From positions 82,906 through 146,905 of the IMG/VR virus record IMGVR_UViG_3300017766_003354: a stretch of DNA of 64,000 nucleotides; one strand, written 5' to 3'. Positions 27,465-38,499 of the stretch are shown piece by piece. Both the position numbers and the translations under genes were made by a program. A model generated the notes under the pieces. That model worked only from the letters and a program-made list of their open reading frames with translations, did not search any database and was not told where the DNA came from. The stretch is from a virus. Numbering within the stretch: the stretch's first letter is position 1; each line of letters begins with the position of its first letter.

Positions 27465-29032
27465 CGAGAATAAACGGCGTTAATTGTTGAACTGATATTA
27501 GAATCTCCTTGAGAGGTCGAAGTCCCAATAATTTCGCAGGTTTTGGATTTAATAATTTCCTTCAAGACGGTTTTCAATGTCGGCAATTCTGACTCCACAT
27601 CATTGCTTGATCCTTGGATGGAAATTGAACCAAGTTTTTTGTTCATGGCCGTTTGTTGGGCGAAACCATTTACTGATTCTTGGAGAGTAATAATTTCTAT
27701 GGGAAGTTCATCAGTAATGGAAACTGTCAAATTATTGAGTTGGCCGTTAGACAAGTCTTCATTGTTGGAGAACTTGTAAGAGTAATCTATTGTTGTCGCC
27801 AATGGGTCTTTGTTGATATTTTCAGCTTCGTTAATCGGATTTAAATACGGAGAATCCTCATAAAGATCTATCTCTGCGCAAAAATCCGCAAATCCTTCTA
27901 GAGCCATTGCATAAAAATCCAAAGACTGAAAAAAGTCATTTACTACTCCGTATCTGTAGTCTAGGTCAAAATTATTGGTGTCGAGAAGGTCAAAAGCAGA
28001 TCTATAAGAAATGCTTCCATTTACGTCGACCGTAATTAAATTTGAGTCTTTCGAAGCGGAAACCGTGACTTTGGATTTGTGGAGAATATTCGTGGCTTCT
28101 TCATCTGTCGGGTCTTTAAATTCAAAAGAGAAAGAGATGGTATTTGCTACTTCGTTTACATCATAATTCAAAGAGGTCGGGCCGTTTAAAACTGGCCCAT
28201 AGACTTGTTCTTCGAAATTCGATTTAGATCTTTGGACGGCATTTCGAACTAGCTCGGTGGCAATTTCTGTTGTTATGTCTTCGATTTCGACTGACGGCGA
28301 TCCCAGCATACTTCCGACAATAGTTCCCGCTACGCTCGCTTGGAGGCTTCCTTCTTTAGAATATGAAAGCTGAACGGTTGCCGTTACGACCCCATTATCA
28401 GAAATTGGATTAGAACTGGTTGAAAAGGTATATTCTTCTGTTATTCCGTATGAATTTTTAGCGTTGTCAATTTCTTCTGTTTTAGAAGTTAAGAACGCCG
28501 ACGAGCCTTCATTAAAGATTCCAATATTTTCAAACTGACTAGACATGCGAGAAGAAACGAAACTCCTTGCTTGAGTAAGTCCGTCATCCGCGCCAACTTT
28601 AACACCGACTGCCGAAACAGAGTGTGTAGCTTTAACTATTCTCCCTTGTTGCTGCGCGTAAGTCCAAGTATCAACTGGATCTTTAATTCCAAAAAACTCG
28701 GAGAAATCAGAGTCGGAATAAACTTCAAACTCTACGGAATACGGCAAAAGTGTAGTCAAATTAGAGTCATCAAAAGACACTCCGATTGGTTTAGCATACG
28801 GATAAGAGTTTGATTCTATAATCAATTCTTCAAAAGAATTGGTGAGGGCAAGGGTCATTTCTCGTTTAGCCGTAGCTAAAGCAAGAAGACTCGACCCTGT
28901 AATATTGCCTACGAGAGTGATCTTTTGAAGAAAATGGTCCATTTCTCCAGCAACATAAATAGGAGAATCGTCAATTGCCACGAATGGCAAAGGCTCGGGG
29001 AATTCATACACTCCATAAGAAATTAGACTCAT
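27461..29032 (-). CDS. Tail structural protein
   Basis: Downstream of tape measure; repeated beta-rich segments. Confidence 0.6.
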   Translation of the reverse strand: MSLISYGVYEFPEPLPFVAIDDSPIYVAGEMDHFLQKITLVGNITGSSLLALATAKREMTLALTNSFEELIIESNSYPYAKPIGVSFDDSNLTTLLPYSVEFEVYSDSDFSEFFGIKDPVDTWTYAQQQGRIVKATHSVSAVGVKVGADDGLTQARSFVSSRMSSQFENIGIFNEGSSAFLTSKTEEIDNAKNSYGITEEYTFSTSSNPISDNGVVTATVQLSYSKEGSLQASVAGTIVGSMLGSPSVEIEDITTEIATELVRNAVQRSKSNFEEQVYGPVLNGPTSLNYDVNEVANTISFSFEFKDPTDEEATNILHKSKVTVSASKDSNLITVDVNGSISYRSAFDLLDTNNFDLDYRYGVVNDFFQSLDFYAMALEGFADFCAEIDLYEDSPYLNPINEAENINKDPLATTIDYSYKFSNNEDLSNGQLNNLTVSITDELPIEIITLQESVNGFAQQTAMNKKLGSISIQGSSNDVESELPTLKTVLKEIIKSKTCEIIGTSTSQGDSNISSTINAVYSR

Positions 29033-30537
29033 CGGTAGCTGTAACTAATTACACGATTAGTCGCTCCGTTTGCAGAATCTATTGAAATTACGTCGTTACT
29101 AGCATACTCGCCAGCGTCTAATGGATCTAAGGTTTCCAGATATTCCTGCCCGAAAAACAGCCCCCTAGACCTAAAAGGAACAACCTCAATAGTCAAAGTT
29201 CCCTCTCCAATTGTTAATTTTGCGTCGGCAATCAACTTTTCGCGCAGATCTTTGAGATCGAGAAACTTAGTTGTTCGTTTGACCTGTTCGTTAATTCCGA
29301 GGGTTTCTTTCTTTTTGATAATTCCAGCAGGAAGACTTGAAGAATCATACGCGGGATCATCTGTAAATTCTGTCGATTCGGAGATTTTGGCATCTTCTTT
29401 TTCGAAGGTTGTGGCGCGGGATTTTTCAAAAATTGAAGTTGCTTCAGGGAATAAGGCTTGAAGTTTTGCCTCGCACTCTCCAATAAATGTAGTCCAAATA
29501 GCCTTAGACGCCAGCCTTTTTTCGGCTTTGGTTTTTCCGTCTCCAGCAAACGAAGATGATACATTGTAGTCAAAATAGATTCCCCTCTTTGTTTTTGAAG
29601 CTGTGTAGAGGGTCTCTTGGTTTTGGCGTTTGGGATCGTTGGTGAAAGTTAGGTTAATAGTTATCAATCCGCCGTCTTTATTGATCCCTTTTTCTAGAGA
29701 AATAGGTTTTTTAAATTCGGCATCATTGGCTGTAACGATTTCGTCAATGATAGATTTCGCCGCCTCAAAAGCGATATGTTCCAAGGGTTCTTTTAGAGCC
29801 TTGATTTCAAGATTGTATTTTTTGTCTTTGAAGCCCTCTTCTGTGATTGAGATGTTATAGCTTTGCTTCTTAGAGTAGTTATCTATGATTGTAGAAGACT
29901 CAAAATTCTCAGCAAGCGAAACCGACAACCCAATCAGGTCATAAGTTTCAGTAATTAAAGGCTTGAACCCTGCGTTGATTCGGCCATCTTCAGAAATCCC
30001 GTCTGTTTGATAACCAAAATTTGGCCTAAAGCCATAATAAAAGTTTCTCAAAAAGGCGTGAGCTTTGGCTAAAAATTGATTGCCAGCGTCTTGTTTATAT
30101 TGAATTGAAACGTTGCGCGTATAAGAATATGAGTCTTCCGAGCGAGAGAAACTATAATTCTCTTGGAATGAAGACAACCAATGAGCACTAGGGATATATT
30201 GAGAATAGCCCTCATTAATTAAGGTTTTAGATTCTTCAATCGTCACCCTCACTTCAACTTTTCCAGCTTGAGAAGCAGACGGCAAAGACATGTTGGTAAC
30301 TCTGCCGTTGATAAACTCATCAGTGCCAATACGAGCAGTTAAACTCGGGACCAAATAGACCGCCCTCAATGCATCGTATCCTTCAATCAGAACGCCTTCA
30401 TTATTTGTAAATGAAACATCAGATACGTCAATAGTATAGTCGGCGACTACATCGTAACCAAAAAGGTTTTCTGTTTCAAGATAGTTATAGTTTATCTTGA
30501 TTGTTGATGCTGTGACGGTATTGGCTAGGAGGGACAT
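29029..30537 (-). CDS. Tail structural protein (distal tail-like)
   Basis: Immediately follows tape measure, coupled start. Confidence 0.6.
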   Translation of the reverse strand: MSLLANTVTASTIKINYNYLETENLFGYDVVADYTIDVSDVSFTNNEGVLIEGYDALRAVYLVPSLTARIGTDEFINGRVTNMSLPSASQAGKVEVRVTIEESKTLINEGYSQYIPSAHWLSSFQENYSFSRSEDSYSYTRNVSIQYKQDAGNQFLAKAHAFLRNFYYGFRPNFGYQTDGISEDGRINAGFKPLITETYDLIGLSVSLAENFESSTIIDNYSKKQSYNISITEEGFKDKKYNLEIKALKEPLEHIAFEAAKSIIDEIVTANDAEFKKPISLEKGINKDGGLITINLTFTNDPKRQNQETLYTASKTKRGIYFDYNVSSSFAGDGKTKAEKRLASKAIWTTFIGECEAKLQALFPEATSIFEKSRATTFEKEDAKISESTEFTDDPAYDSSSLPAGIIKKKETLGINEQVKRTTKFLDLKDLREKLIADAKLTIGEGTLTIEVVPFRSRGLFFGQEYLETLDPLDAGEYASNDVISIDSANGATNRVISYSYR

Positions 30538-33500
30538 TATTTTCCTACTTGTTCGAGAGCTTGAACTCTACCAATAAGAGCCTTGATAGACCCGTCAACA
30601 GTCGTTGCTAGAGTTCCCATGTTGCTTGCCAATTCTTGGAAAGCCTTTCCATCGGTTGCGGCGTTTTTAAGCGAATTATCAAGATCTTGAATCGTTGATT
30701 TAAGATTCGGCAAATCTTTGAATTGTTCTGAAAAGGTGGTCATCGCCGTATTGACGCCTTGGAAGCGTTCGCGCAAAGATTCGAGTTCCTTGCGAACTTT
30801 AACAGATTCTTCGGTAATTTGCTTGTTGGCATTTTCTTGAGCCTCTTTAGAGCCAGTAGGATCGACCTTTTTCAAAGCTTCAAGATCTTTGATTTTTGCT
30901 GCGATTTCTTTGTCGAATTTTCCGCCGCGAGAACCTTTCAGACTTTGAAGGTCTTTAATAACCGTCGAAGCGTCTTGTTCAGAGGACAAGCCCTTATCGC
31001 GGATTCTCGCCATATCTTGCGGCAAGAATTTCTTGCCAACGATTCTTTCTCTAAGGTCGAAAGCGCCAGTATTAGCTTGCGACAACGCTTGAGAAACTCC
31101 AACTTTATTGGAAAATCCAGTGCTGATACCAGCATTAGACTTCCATGCATTAACAACTTTATCTCCGTAAACGCTAATAGCGTTAGCTTCGAGTTCTGCG
31201 ATTTTTAGCCATTGGTCGGCGGCTTTTTGGGCAGAGTCCCCGCCGCCAGTTTTTTCTAATTTGCCAATACTCTGATAAGCAGCGGTTAATGAAGTAATAT
31301 CAATAGCGCCGACATCTTTAATAGCTTTTAGTTTTCCTCCTAAGCCTGAAACTAATCCCTCTAAAGTTTTAACTAATTCATCTTGGATGCCTTTTTTGAA
31401 TTTAGAGAAATCTTGTTTAAGAGTGTCTCGTTCTGCGATAATAGAGGATTTCGCGTTCAACAAAGATTGGAACGAGCTAGACGCTGAAGAAGCAAATTCG
31501 TCTGCGCTTTTTACGACATTATCGAAAAACTCTTTACCACTTCCTTTAACATCTACTCCAACAGCAGAAAGTTTGTCTTCTAGTCCTTTGGCCCCCTTGG
31601 AGAAATAAGTATCCACCAAAGATTGAGAAAACCCCTTTTGCTCGACATCGAAAGAAGCTTTTGTTGCTTCTCGGCCTGTTATATCGGATCTTAAAGATTT
31701 AGCAAAGTCTTCGCCTGTGAAAAGTTGCGATAAAGCATTTTCAGATGAAAGGGCTTGAGTTTGGGAAGATTTGAGCGACAATAGTTCTTTTACGCCCGAA
31801 GCGTTTTTGGCGGCGGGGTCAATAAAGACGTTTTCGGCCAGTTTGTCAGTAAAACTTGCAGAGGTCAGTTTATTAGCTGTTTCCGCAACGGCTTGTGAAA
31901 ATTGGTTTAAAGACTTTAAGAAATCTGACAATAGATTTTCCCTAGTTGCCGCTTTCCTGAAACTATCAATATTTGCCTTAGCTTCCAATACCGCCGCTTG
32001 CAGAGCGTCGTTGGCTGCGGCTACTTTCGTATAGTCGATCTCTCCTTGTTCGTTTGGCTGGTAGGCTTCTTTTAAGACTTTAGATAAATCTTCTATTTGT
32101 TTTTTTGCTTCTTCGCCTTGCTTAGTTGAGCTTAAATCTTTGACGAATGATTCGTAGCTCTTTTCTTTTTCTTTTTTATTCTTCCCCTCAAATAATCCAG
32201 CAGTTGATCTAAAGCGCGTAGTCATTTGCGCTCTTTGTTGTGTGAGGCCAATAATGCTGTTACCTTGATTTTCGGCAAGTTTTTCAGAATATTTTGTGGA
32301 GCCTAATTTCGAGTAAATTCCCGTTGATTGTTCTAGTTTATTTGCTCCAAATCCTCCTAATTTAAAGCCTCCATAAGCCGCGCCTGCCGCCGCAGCAGCG
32401 GGACCAGCTACAGATAAACCGCGAGCGACTAATCCGCGAGCGCCAACGCTTCGTGCCGCAGAAAGTCCCCCCGCCCGAATGTTGCGAAAGAAGCCTCCCT
32501 TGCCTTGGGTTCTCAATAAGTCCTTTTTAGCAGTGTTACTTAAAATTCCTGAATCAATATTTTTAGCTTGAGAGGCTATTCCTTTATATTTAGAAGCTCC
32601 AGAACCAAGAAAACCTCCTTTTTTAGCTATTGATTTAAATACAGTTGGGAAACCCTTTGACAAAATGGTTTTGCCCATTTTAGCGAAATCGCCAAAACTT
32701 TTACCAGTTACAGAAGAGATTGTCGCCATGATAAGCAACGCTTGAGTAGCCGTTGTGACGGCGCTATCTAAATTAATAAAACTTTTGTCCAATCCTTCTG
32801 TAGATTGTCCCAAAGATTCCGCCTTTGATACTGCGTCTCTTTGTTCTTGGCTTAAAGAGGTCGTTGCTTGTTGAAGAGCACCAAACAAAGATTGCAAAAC
32901 AAAAATTTCCCCAAATCCTGTTGGTTTGCTAATTCTTGATTTCGCAGGAGGCGCATATCTCGACCCATCATCAAATCCAGCGGTGTTGCCAGACGGCGTT
33001 GCGGCTGGTCCGCGACGAGCAGACGGACGACGAGGATTGCTAGAAGGAGATTTGGTAGGCCCTGATCTTCCTCCTCCGCCTCCGTTTGTCCCCCCAGAAG
33101 AAGCAGCCGCTTGAGCAGAAGCGAATCCCGCTGTCGCTTTGGTTGCCTCCCCTAGTCCCATTTTAAACTGTTGCAGTTGAGCCACAACAATGCCGAAGGC
33201 TTGGTTCGAAGGTTGTGGTTTTGCGGTATTGGGCGATGATGAAGAAGTAGCCGTTCCTCCAGAAGCTTTCGCTTGTGCGGAAGCTTTTTTCTTTTCGGCA
33301 GCGTCCAATAGACGCTTGGCAACTTTCGCTTCGGCAATTAGTCGAGGATCAGAACCAGAATATGCAGCACGAATTCTTAAAGAATTTATTGCATTATCTG
33401 ATACAAAATTTGGCACAAAGCCTCCCGCAGCACCATAACTTTTTGGACTTTTCCCTTCGCGTTTGGCGCGGTTTATTCCTTGACGTGAACCATTAGGTTC

Positions 33501-36500
33501 GTCTCTAGTATTGAAGACGCCGAAACCGTTAGGGTTCCGAGATGAGCGGAGGGCTGGATTCTGGTCAACGTAGATTTGAGAATCAGAAAGGCCGAAAGAC
33601 TTTTCGCGAGCGATAGCGTCTTGAACTGCGGAAAAATTTGGAACAAATCCACCGCCAGCAGTTTTAGGTTTTGGCGGTTGTGCTAGTTTTCTATTAGGAG
33701 AGGATAGTCTTTGAGAGAGAATCTGAGATAAGGCCCTTTGAGAATATTCTGGGTCGTTGAATGTTTTTGTTACTAATCCATTGACCTGACCAACGATTTG
33801 CTTTTCTCCCAATCTTTTAGCTTCTCCTCTTTGGACATTGACTCCAAAAATATCATTCATCGCCTTTGAATTGGCGAAATCGAAAGGTCGATTAGTATCT
33901 TTTGGCTCAAAGATAGATTCCATTTCCTTCATTGAAGAGAGCGCAATTTTGCTCGCAGATTCAAAGATAGCTCCTTCCGCAGATGCAGAAAGAATCCCCC
34001 CTTTACTAGTCGATTTAAACTTTCCAAGCTTTCCTGCAAATTCAGAATAATTTCCAATATTGAAAAGCTTGCCATACATCGAATTGGCCAAATTTACTAA
34101 TGCTGGCGCGAAAATTTCATTAATATTCCCAGAAACGCCCTTGACATCTTGACCCTTTGGAATGCCGCTGGTATCAATGTTTCGGAGATTGATCAGCTCT
34201 TTTCCTGCCCCAGCTTCTTTAGTCTTATCGAATAATTTGTTGCCACCAGAGTCTTGAGAACCATATAATCCCTTGACAGCATACGCTGGCATTCTGGCCG
34301 TGGTCTTTCCTTTCCCGCCGAATCTCGGGCTAACCAAAAGAATGCCGCCAAGCTTTTGTGCATCTACGTTATACTCATCAATAAAACTTTCTTTGCGAAC
34401 TTTCGCATCTTGAATAGAACGAGCTAAAGAAGGCTGAACATTTCGGCCTAAGATTCTTTTCGCATTGGAAGCCGCAATGATTTTGCCACCAATGTTATAA
34501 GTCTCTGATCCAGCCACTTTATACCTTTCAATATCAGCGAGACTCTTAGCTCCTGTGCTACGGATTGCAAAAGTGTCGCCTTCGGCGCGATCTTGAATTT
34601 TTGTGAAATCTTTAGCAGCAGACGAAAGAGGAGAAGAAGATTTGATGTTATTATCGACTTCTCTAATGAATGGAACTTGTTTATATCCAGCTTCAGTTCT
34701 CTTCTTCAGAATGAAGTTGGCCGCTGCAATATCGGTTTCGGATTTTGCGAATTGAAGAGGGTTGGGGCGTTTAACCAAATTTCTAACAGCAGACCAAAAG
34801 CTGAACCCGCTGTCGGCAAAATTCGGAGTAAATCCGCCAGCAGAAAAACCTTGAGCATATTCTGTTCCTTTGCCGAACCCATTTGGTGGTCTAATAATCG
34901 TAGCCTTCTTTCCAGCAGCATTCGTGAAGTTTGTAATAGTTTCGCGGCTATTAACAAAAGAATTAAACGACTTCCCATTACCATCATGAATACGAGCCTG
35001 CTTGACGGAACCAGCAGTATAGCCGTGTTCTTTGGCTTTCTGTCTTTCCATTTGCTTCCCAAAGGAAGGCATAAAACCAGAAGCAAAATTTGGGACAAAC
35101 CCTTGCGCGTAAGGCTTTCCGCCCTTTCCAACATATCCTTGTTCATTGAATCCACGAACACCTTTAGCATAAGCCGCAGTAGCCATGCCTCTGAGAATTT
35201 GTTGTTGCTCTTTTAGGTGTTGGTTTTCAAGAGCAATAGCCTTGACAATCAAATCATGACGTTGCGCCGTAGTAAGGGTCTGATCTCGCAGTGATTTTTG
35301 AAGATCGACATTGTGTTTGAGCGTTTGGGAAATTCCGACCTCAATAGCTTTAATTCTTTCCGCCTGTGTTCCAATCGCAAGAACTGTCTTAAAACCCTCC
35401 TTCGCAAAGCCTGCAACCAGCTTGAAAATTTTGGCGAAAGCAACCGAAAAGAGAATAATAGCGGGTCCGCTCAAAAATGACCCAATAGTTTTAAAAAGTC
35501 CTTGAACTAAAACGTTCCCCTTTTCTGGATCTAAAGCCTTAGTTAAAAAGTCCGTCGCAGCGTTGCTAACAGAAAGCAATCCTTTTAGGACGGGCGCAAA
35601 AGTCAATTGACCGACTTTTTCGGCCAAATTTGTCATGCCCACAACAAGAGAATTAATTTGTGCGGCGATAGACTTGTTCATCTCTTCGCTTTTCGCATAG
35701 GCTTCATTAGTTGCTTGGGCGGCAGTTAAAGAAGCAGAAGCAGCAATTGAATTATTGCTTCCCAAATCTTTCAACGCAGCAGAAACCAAGTTGATCTGAT
35801 AGACACCACCAGCGAGTTCTTTAATAGCTGCGGCTTGAGTTGGGTCGGTAATTCCACTCAAAGCTTGAGACAAAGCATTAAGTTTTTGAGTTCCAGATTG
35901 AGAAGCGTCGATAGCGACACCTAATGCTTGCAAGTCCTCAATTGTAGATCCTCGGCTTAGACGAGTGAAAATAGACTTCAAGGCATTACCAATAACGGCA
36001 CCACCACGAGAAGTAGTTTGTTGAACGGCAGTTACCAAACCCAACAATTCATCAAAGCTTACTCCAGCATCTTCCGCAGACGAACCAGTTCGTTGGAAAG
36101 CGTCGGCCAAATCTTTTGCAGAAACGGCGAATTTAGTATCAACGGCAACAAGTTTATTAGTGATTTGTTCTGCGGTGAGTCCTGCGCTTTGGAAACCGTT
36201 GATCGCGGCAGTTAGAGCATTAACAGACTTAACAGAATCCAAACCAGAAACCCGAGTCAAAATAAGGGCCGCCTCAAGACGTTTCGCTGTTTCTACAGCC
36301 CCTAAACCTTGACGGGCGAGTTCTCCAGCAGCATCTGCTACGATAGTAAAAGATTGGCCAGTGGATTGAGCAACGCTAAATACTGTATCTCTAAACGCCG
36401 CAAAATCAGAAGCACTAGCTCCTAAAATAGAATTCAACTCAATCAACTTCTTCTCAACGGAAATCGTTGTAGAGACAATTTGTTTGAAAGCTTGCGTCAC

Positions 36501-36692
36501 ACCCGCAAGCACTGTTGTAGTAGCTCCGAACGCAAAAACACGAGCAGTAGAAGCGTCCAGAGACTTCTGGAATTCAGAAGCCTGACCTGTGATTCTTCCA
36601 AGCGCACGTTGGATCTGCTTCGCTGAATTATTCAGACTGGCAGGATCAAGCGTAGCTTGAAGAGAAACTGGGAACGCTGCTTGTTTAGGCAT
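30537..36692 (-). CDS. Tail tape measure protein (2051 aa)
   Basis: TP901-type TMP core (ELARQGLG, KLVAVD..FAVSAKDLA, GAVIGNALKSIFTRL), hydrophobic segments, coiled C-terminus. Confidence 0.9.
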   Translation of the reverse strand: MPKQAAFPVSLQATLDPASLNNSAKQIQRALGRITGQASEFQKSLDASTARVFAFGATTTVLAGVTQAFKQIVSTTISVEKKLIELNSILGASASDFAAFRDTVFSVAQSTGQSFTIVADAAGELARQGLGAVETAKRLEAALILTRVSGLDSVKSVNALTAAINGFQSAGLTAEQITNKLVAVDTKFAVSAKDLADAFQRTGSSAEDAGVSFDELLGLVTAVQQTTSRGGAVIGNALKSIFTRLSRGSTIEDLQALGVAIDASQSGTQKLNALSQALSGITDPTQAAAIKELAGGVYQINLVSAALKDLGSNNSIAASASLTAAQATNEAYAKSEEMNKSIAAQINSLVVGMTNLAEKVGQLTFAPVLKGLLSVSNAATDFLTKALDPEKGNVLVQGLFKTIGSFLSGPAIILFSVAFAKIFKLVAGFAKEGFKTVLAIGTQAERIKAIEVGISQTLKHNVDLQKSLRDQTLTTAQRHDLIVKAIALENQHLKEQQQILRGMATAAYAKGVRGFNEQGYVGKGGKPYAQGFVPNFASGFMPSFGKQMERQKAKEHGYTAGSVKQARIHDGNGKSFNSFVNSRETITNFTNAAGKKATIIRPPNGFGKGTEYAQGFSAGGFTPNFADSGFSFWSAVRNLVKRPNPLQFAKSETDIAAANFILKKRTEAGYKQVPFIREVDNNIKSSSPLSSAAKDFTKIQDRAEGDTFAIRSTGAKSLADIERYKVAGSETYNIGGKIIAASNAKRILGRNVQPSLARSIQDAKVRKESFIDEYNVDAQKLGGILLVSPRFGGKGKTTARMPAYAVKGLYGSQDSGGNKLFDKTKEAGAGKELINLRNIDTSGIPKGQDVKGVSGNINEIFAPALVNLANSMYGKLFNIGNYSEFAGKLGKFKSTSKGGILSASAEGAIFESASKIALSSMKEMESIFEPKDTNRPFDFANSKAMNDIFGVNVQRGEAKRLGEKQIVGQVNGLVTKTFNDPEYSQRALSQILSQRLSSPNRKLAQPPKPKTAGGGFVPNFSAVQDAIAREKSFGLSDSQIYVDQNPALRSSRNPNGFGVFNTRDEPNGSRQGINRAKREGKSPKSYGAAGGFVPNFVSDNAINSLRIRAAYSGSDPRLIAEAKVAKRLLDAAEKKKASAQAKASGGTATSSSSPNTAKPQPSNQAFGIVVAQLQQFKMGLGEATKATAGFASAQAAASSGGTNGGGGGRSGPTKSPSSNPRRPSARRGPAATPSGNTAGFDDGSRYAPPAKSRISKPTGFGEIFVLQSLFGALQQATTSLSQEQRDAVSKAESLGQSTEGLDKSFINLDSAVTTATQALLIMATISSVTGKSFGDFAKMGKTILSKGFPTVFKSIAKKGGFLGSGASKYKGIASQAKNIDSGILSNTAKKDLLRTQGKGGFFRNIRAGGLSAARSVGARGLVARGLSVAGPAAAAAGAAYGGFKLGGFGANKLEQSTGIYSKLGSTKYSEKLAENQGNSIIGLTQQRAQMTTRFRSTAGLFEGKNKKEKEKSYESFVKDLSSTKQGEEAKKQIEDLSKVLKEAYQPNEQGEIDYTKVAAANDALQAAVLEAKANIDSFRKAATRENLLSDFLKSLNQFSQAVAETANKLTSASFTDKLAENVFIDPAAKNASGVKELLSLKSSQTQALSSENALSQLFTGEDFAKSLRSDITGREATKASFDVEQKGFSQSLVDTYFSKGAKGLEDKLSAVGVDVKGSGKEFFDNVVKSADEFASSASSSFQSLLNAKSSIIAERDTLKQDFSKFKKGIQDELVKTLEGLVSGLGGKLKAIKDVGAIDITSLTAAYQSIGKLEKTGGGDSAQKAADQWLKIAELEANAISVYGDKVVNAWKSNAGISTGFSNKVGVSQALSQANTGAFDLRERIVGKKFLPQDMARIRDKGLSSEQDASTVIKDLQSLKGSRGGKFDKEIAAKIKDLEALKKVDPTGSKEAQENANKQITEESVKVRKELESLRERFQGVNTAMTTFSEQFKDLPNLKSTIQDLDNSLKNAATDGKAFQELASNMGTLATTVDGSIKALIGRVQALEQVGK

Positions 36693-36712
36693 TTCCCTTA
36701 ATTACACGAAAA

Positions 36713-37591
36713 TTAAGTCAAAAAATCCTCTGGCTTCAAAACTCCCCCGCGAGACTTCATCTTTTCCTTTAGATCGTCCACGCCTTGGGAGGTTTTGCCA
36801 GTTTTCCCGTCTTTTTCATCATATTCAAGGATTTTTACGGGGTCTTTGGCGATGTTGTCTGGAATCGAAACGTTCTTGAATTTATTAAGAAGGGAATTAG
36901 CATAGACCAACAGGTTCTTCTGGAAGACGGTTAAGCCTAGTCCTGCGTTCTTAAAAAGGACTTCTGGCTGCCTATAACTCAAAACAAAAAGCTCAAAGAA
37001 GGCCGTATTATAGGCAACATTAAGAATAAAGTTTTTGTCATTAAACTCTCCTATCTTCGAGAAACAAGCAATCGAATGTTCAAAAAATAAATCCTCATCA
37101 ACTGGCTCCGAAAAACCTCTATCCTTAAAACATGTGGATTCAACAAGATATTTAATTCGACGGCTTTCGGAAAGATTTTCGGCGCTATAAGAGGTTATCT
37201 TTTTACGTTGTTCTTGAATGTCTTTGATGGCGTTTCTTTTAGCATCAATAGAAGCAAGAGCAGACTTCTTCATGTGCGCGTCCGACATCTTCTTTTCGGC
37301 CAAAATCATTTTATCAATTGTCCATTCGAGAGACTTGATCTCTTCTTCTTTCTGAATAGACCAAGATTTACGTTTGATGGCTTGTTCAATTAGCTCTTTT
37401 TCGCTTTTAATGCCTGATCGTTGGGCGTGGGCCAAAGCCTTATCATACTCTTCATCCATCTGAAGAGCGTCCAAAAGAGTAAAATGCCTAAAATAAAAAT
37501 CGCGACCACTAGCGTTCAACACACTGTAGCCGCGATTAATATCAAGAAGTGCGGAGTTAGCTCTCTTTAGCAGTTTCTCCTGATCCTTCAT
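36713..37591 (-). CDS. Putative tail assembly chaperone / hypothetical
   Basis: Helical ORF just upstream of TMP. Confidence 0.55.
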   Translation of the reverse strand: MKDQEKLLKRANSALLDINRGYSVLNASGRDFYFRHFTLLDALQMDEEYDKALAHAQRSGIKSEKELIEQAIKRKSWSIQKEEEIKSLEWTIDKMILAEKKMSDAHMKKSALASIDAKRNAIKDIQEQRKKITSYSAENLSESRRIKYLVESTCFKDRGFSEPVDEDLFFEHSIACFSKIGEFNDKNFILNVAYNTAFFELFVLSYRQPEVLFKNAGLGLTVFQKNLLVYANSLLNKFKNVSIPDNIAKDPVKILEYDEKDGKTGKTSQGVDDLKEKMKSRGGVLKPEDFLT

Positions 37592-38459
37592 TTGCTACTT
37601 CTTGGGAGTCTTCTACTGTCTCGGGTTCGTCTTTTGTTTGCTTTTTGTTTACAGTCGTTTGCTTTTCTTCAACAATTTCTTCCTCGCCGAACATTTCCTT
37701 GAGAGAGGCATCAATAGTTTCTTGCTTTTCAGCAATCTTATTATACCAAATGCTGGCGACTCGAACCAAAGTAGTAAACGCCGAATCAAACAAAGCCTTA
37801 GTCTTCAAAAGAGACGGATCTTCAATATCCTCAATAGATTCGCAGAGCGCCAAATAAACGCTTCTTTTTTCATCAAAAGTGTCGCCTGCAAAAATAGGAA
37901 AGAGTTGTTTCTTTTCGCCAACTTCTTCTTCGTAAAAGGATTGATTAAAGACCAACCACTCAATTAACTTTTGCTCGGCCTTGGAATCAGCCGTTTGTGA
38001 GAACTGAGAGCGCATGATTTGCTCGTATTCCACGACTTGGCTCTTGGTATCCGCGAAAGTAAGTCGGGCTTCTTCTAGGGCGTTTTTCTGTTCTTCCGTC
38101 AAATCGGTTGCCTCGCCATAGAATTCGATTCTACGAGCAGCCTCGATATTGTCCACAATTGCTTTTTGCAGCCCTTCCAGAGACATCTTCGAAGATAAAC
38201 CACCCAAGTCGCCCATCTTTTTAGAGAGCATCGCTTTTGTCAAGAATCCCGCATTAATATATTCGTTGAACTTTTGACCATAGAAGAATTCCGCCTCTTC
38301 GATAACGGCCATTGATGGCTTTGCGAAACACACGCGAGTTTTTACGGTATCAACAATTGTTTTGGTTGATTCGATAGAAGAGCCGTCTTTGCCCTTCTTG
38401 AGAACGGGGACCTGTTTTTCGACTTTCTTTGAAACTGAGAAGCTGTAGATTTCTTTCAT
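37557..38459 (-). CDS. Putative tail assembly chaperone
   Basis: Between tube and TMP; acidic tail; promoter TTGAAT-16-GATAAT at 38471-38498. Confidence 0.55.
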   Translation of the reverse strand: MKEIYSFSVSKKVEKQVPVLKKGKDGSSIESTKTIVDTVKTRVCFAKPSMAVIEEAEFFYGQKFNEYINAGFLTKAMLSKKMGDLGGLSSKMSLEGLQKAIVDNIEAARRIEFYGEATDLTEEQKNALEEARLTFADTKSQVVEYEQIMRSQFSQTADSKAEQKLIEWLVFNQSFYEEEVGEKKQLFPIFAGDTFDEKRSVYLALCESIEDIEDPSLLKTKALFDSAFTTLVRVASIWYNKIAEKQETIDASLKEMFGEEEIVEEKQTTVNKKQTKDEPETVEDSQEVANEGSGETAKES

Positions 38460-38499
38460 ATATCCGAGTAATTATCTGTTGAAATTTTTTAAATTCAAG

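Noticed and set aside
37557-37700. Lambda G/GT-type -1 frameshift between the two ORFs preceding the tape measure gene
   Set aside because: Downstream ORF is in the +1 frame with its own ATG (37591), and no in-frame X XXY YYZ heptamer was seen near the junction
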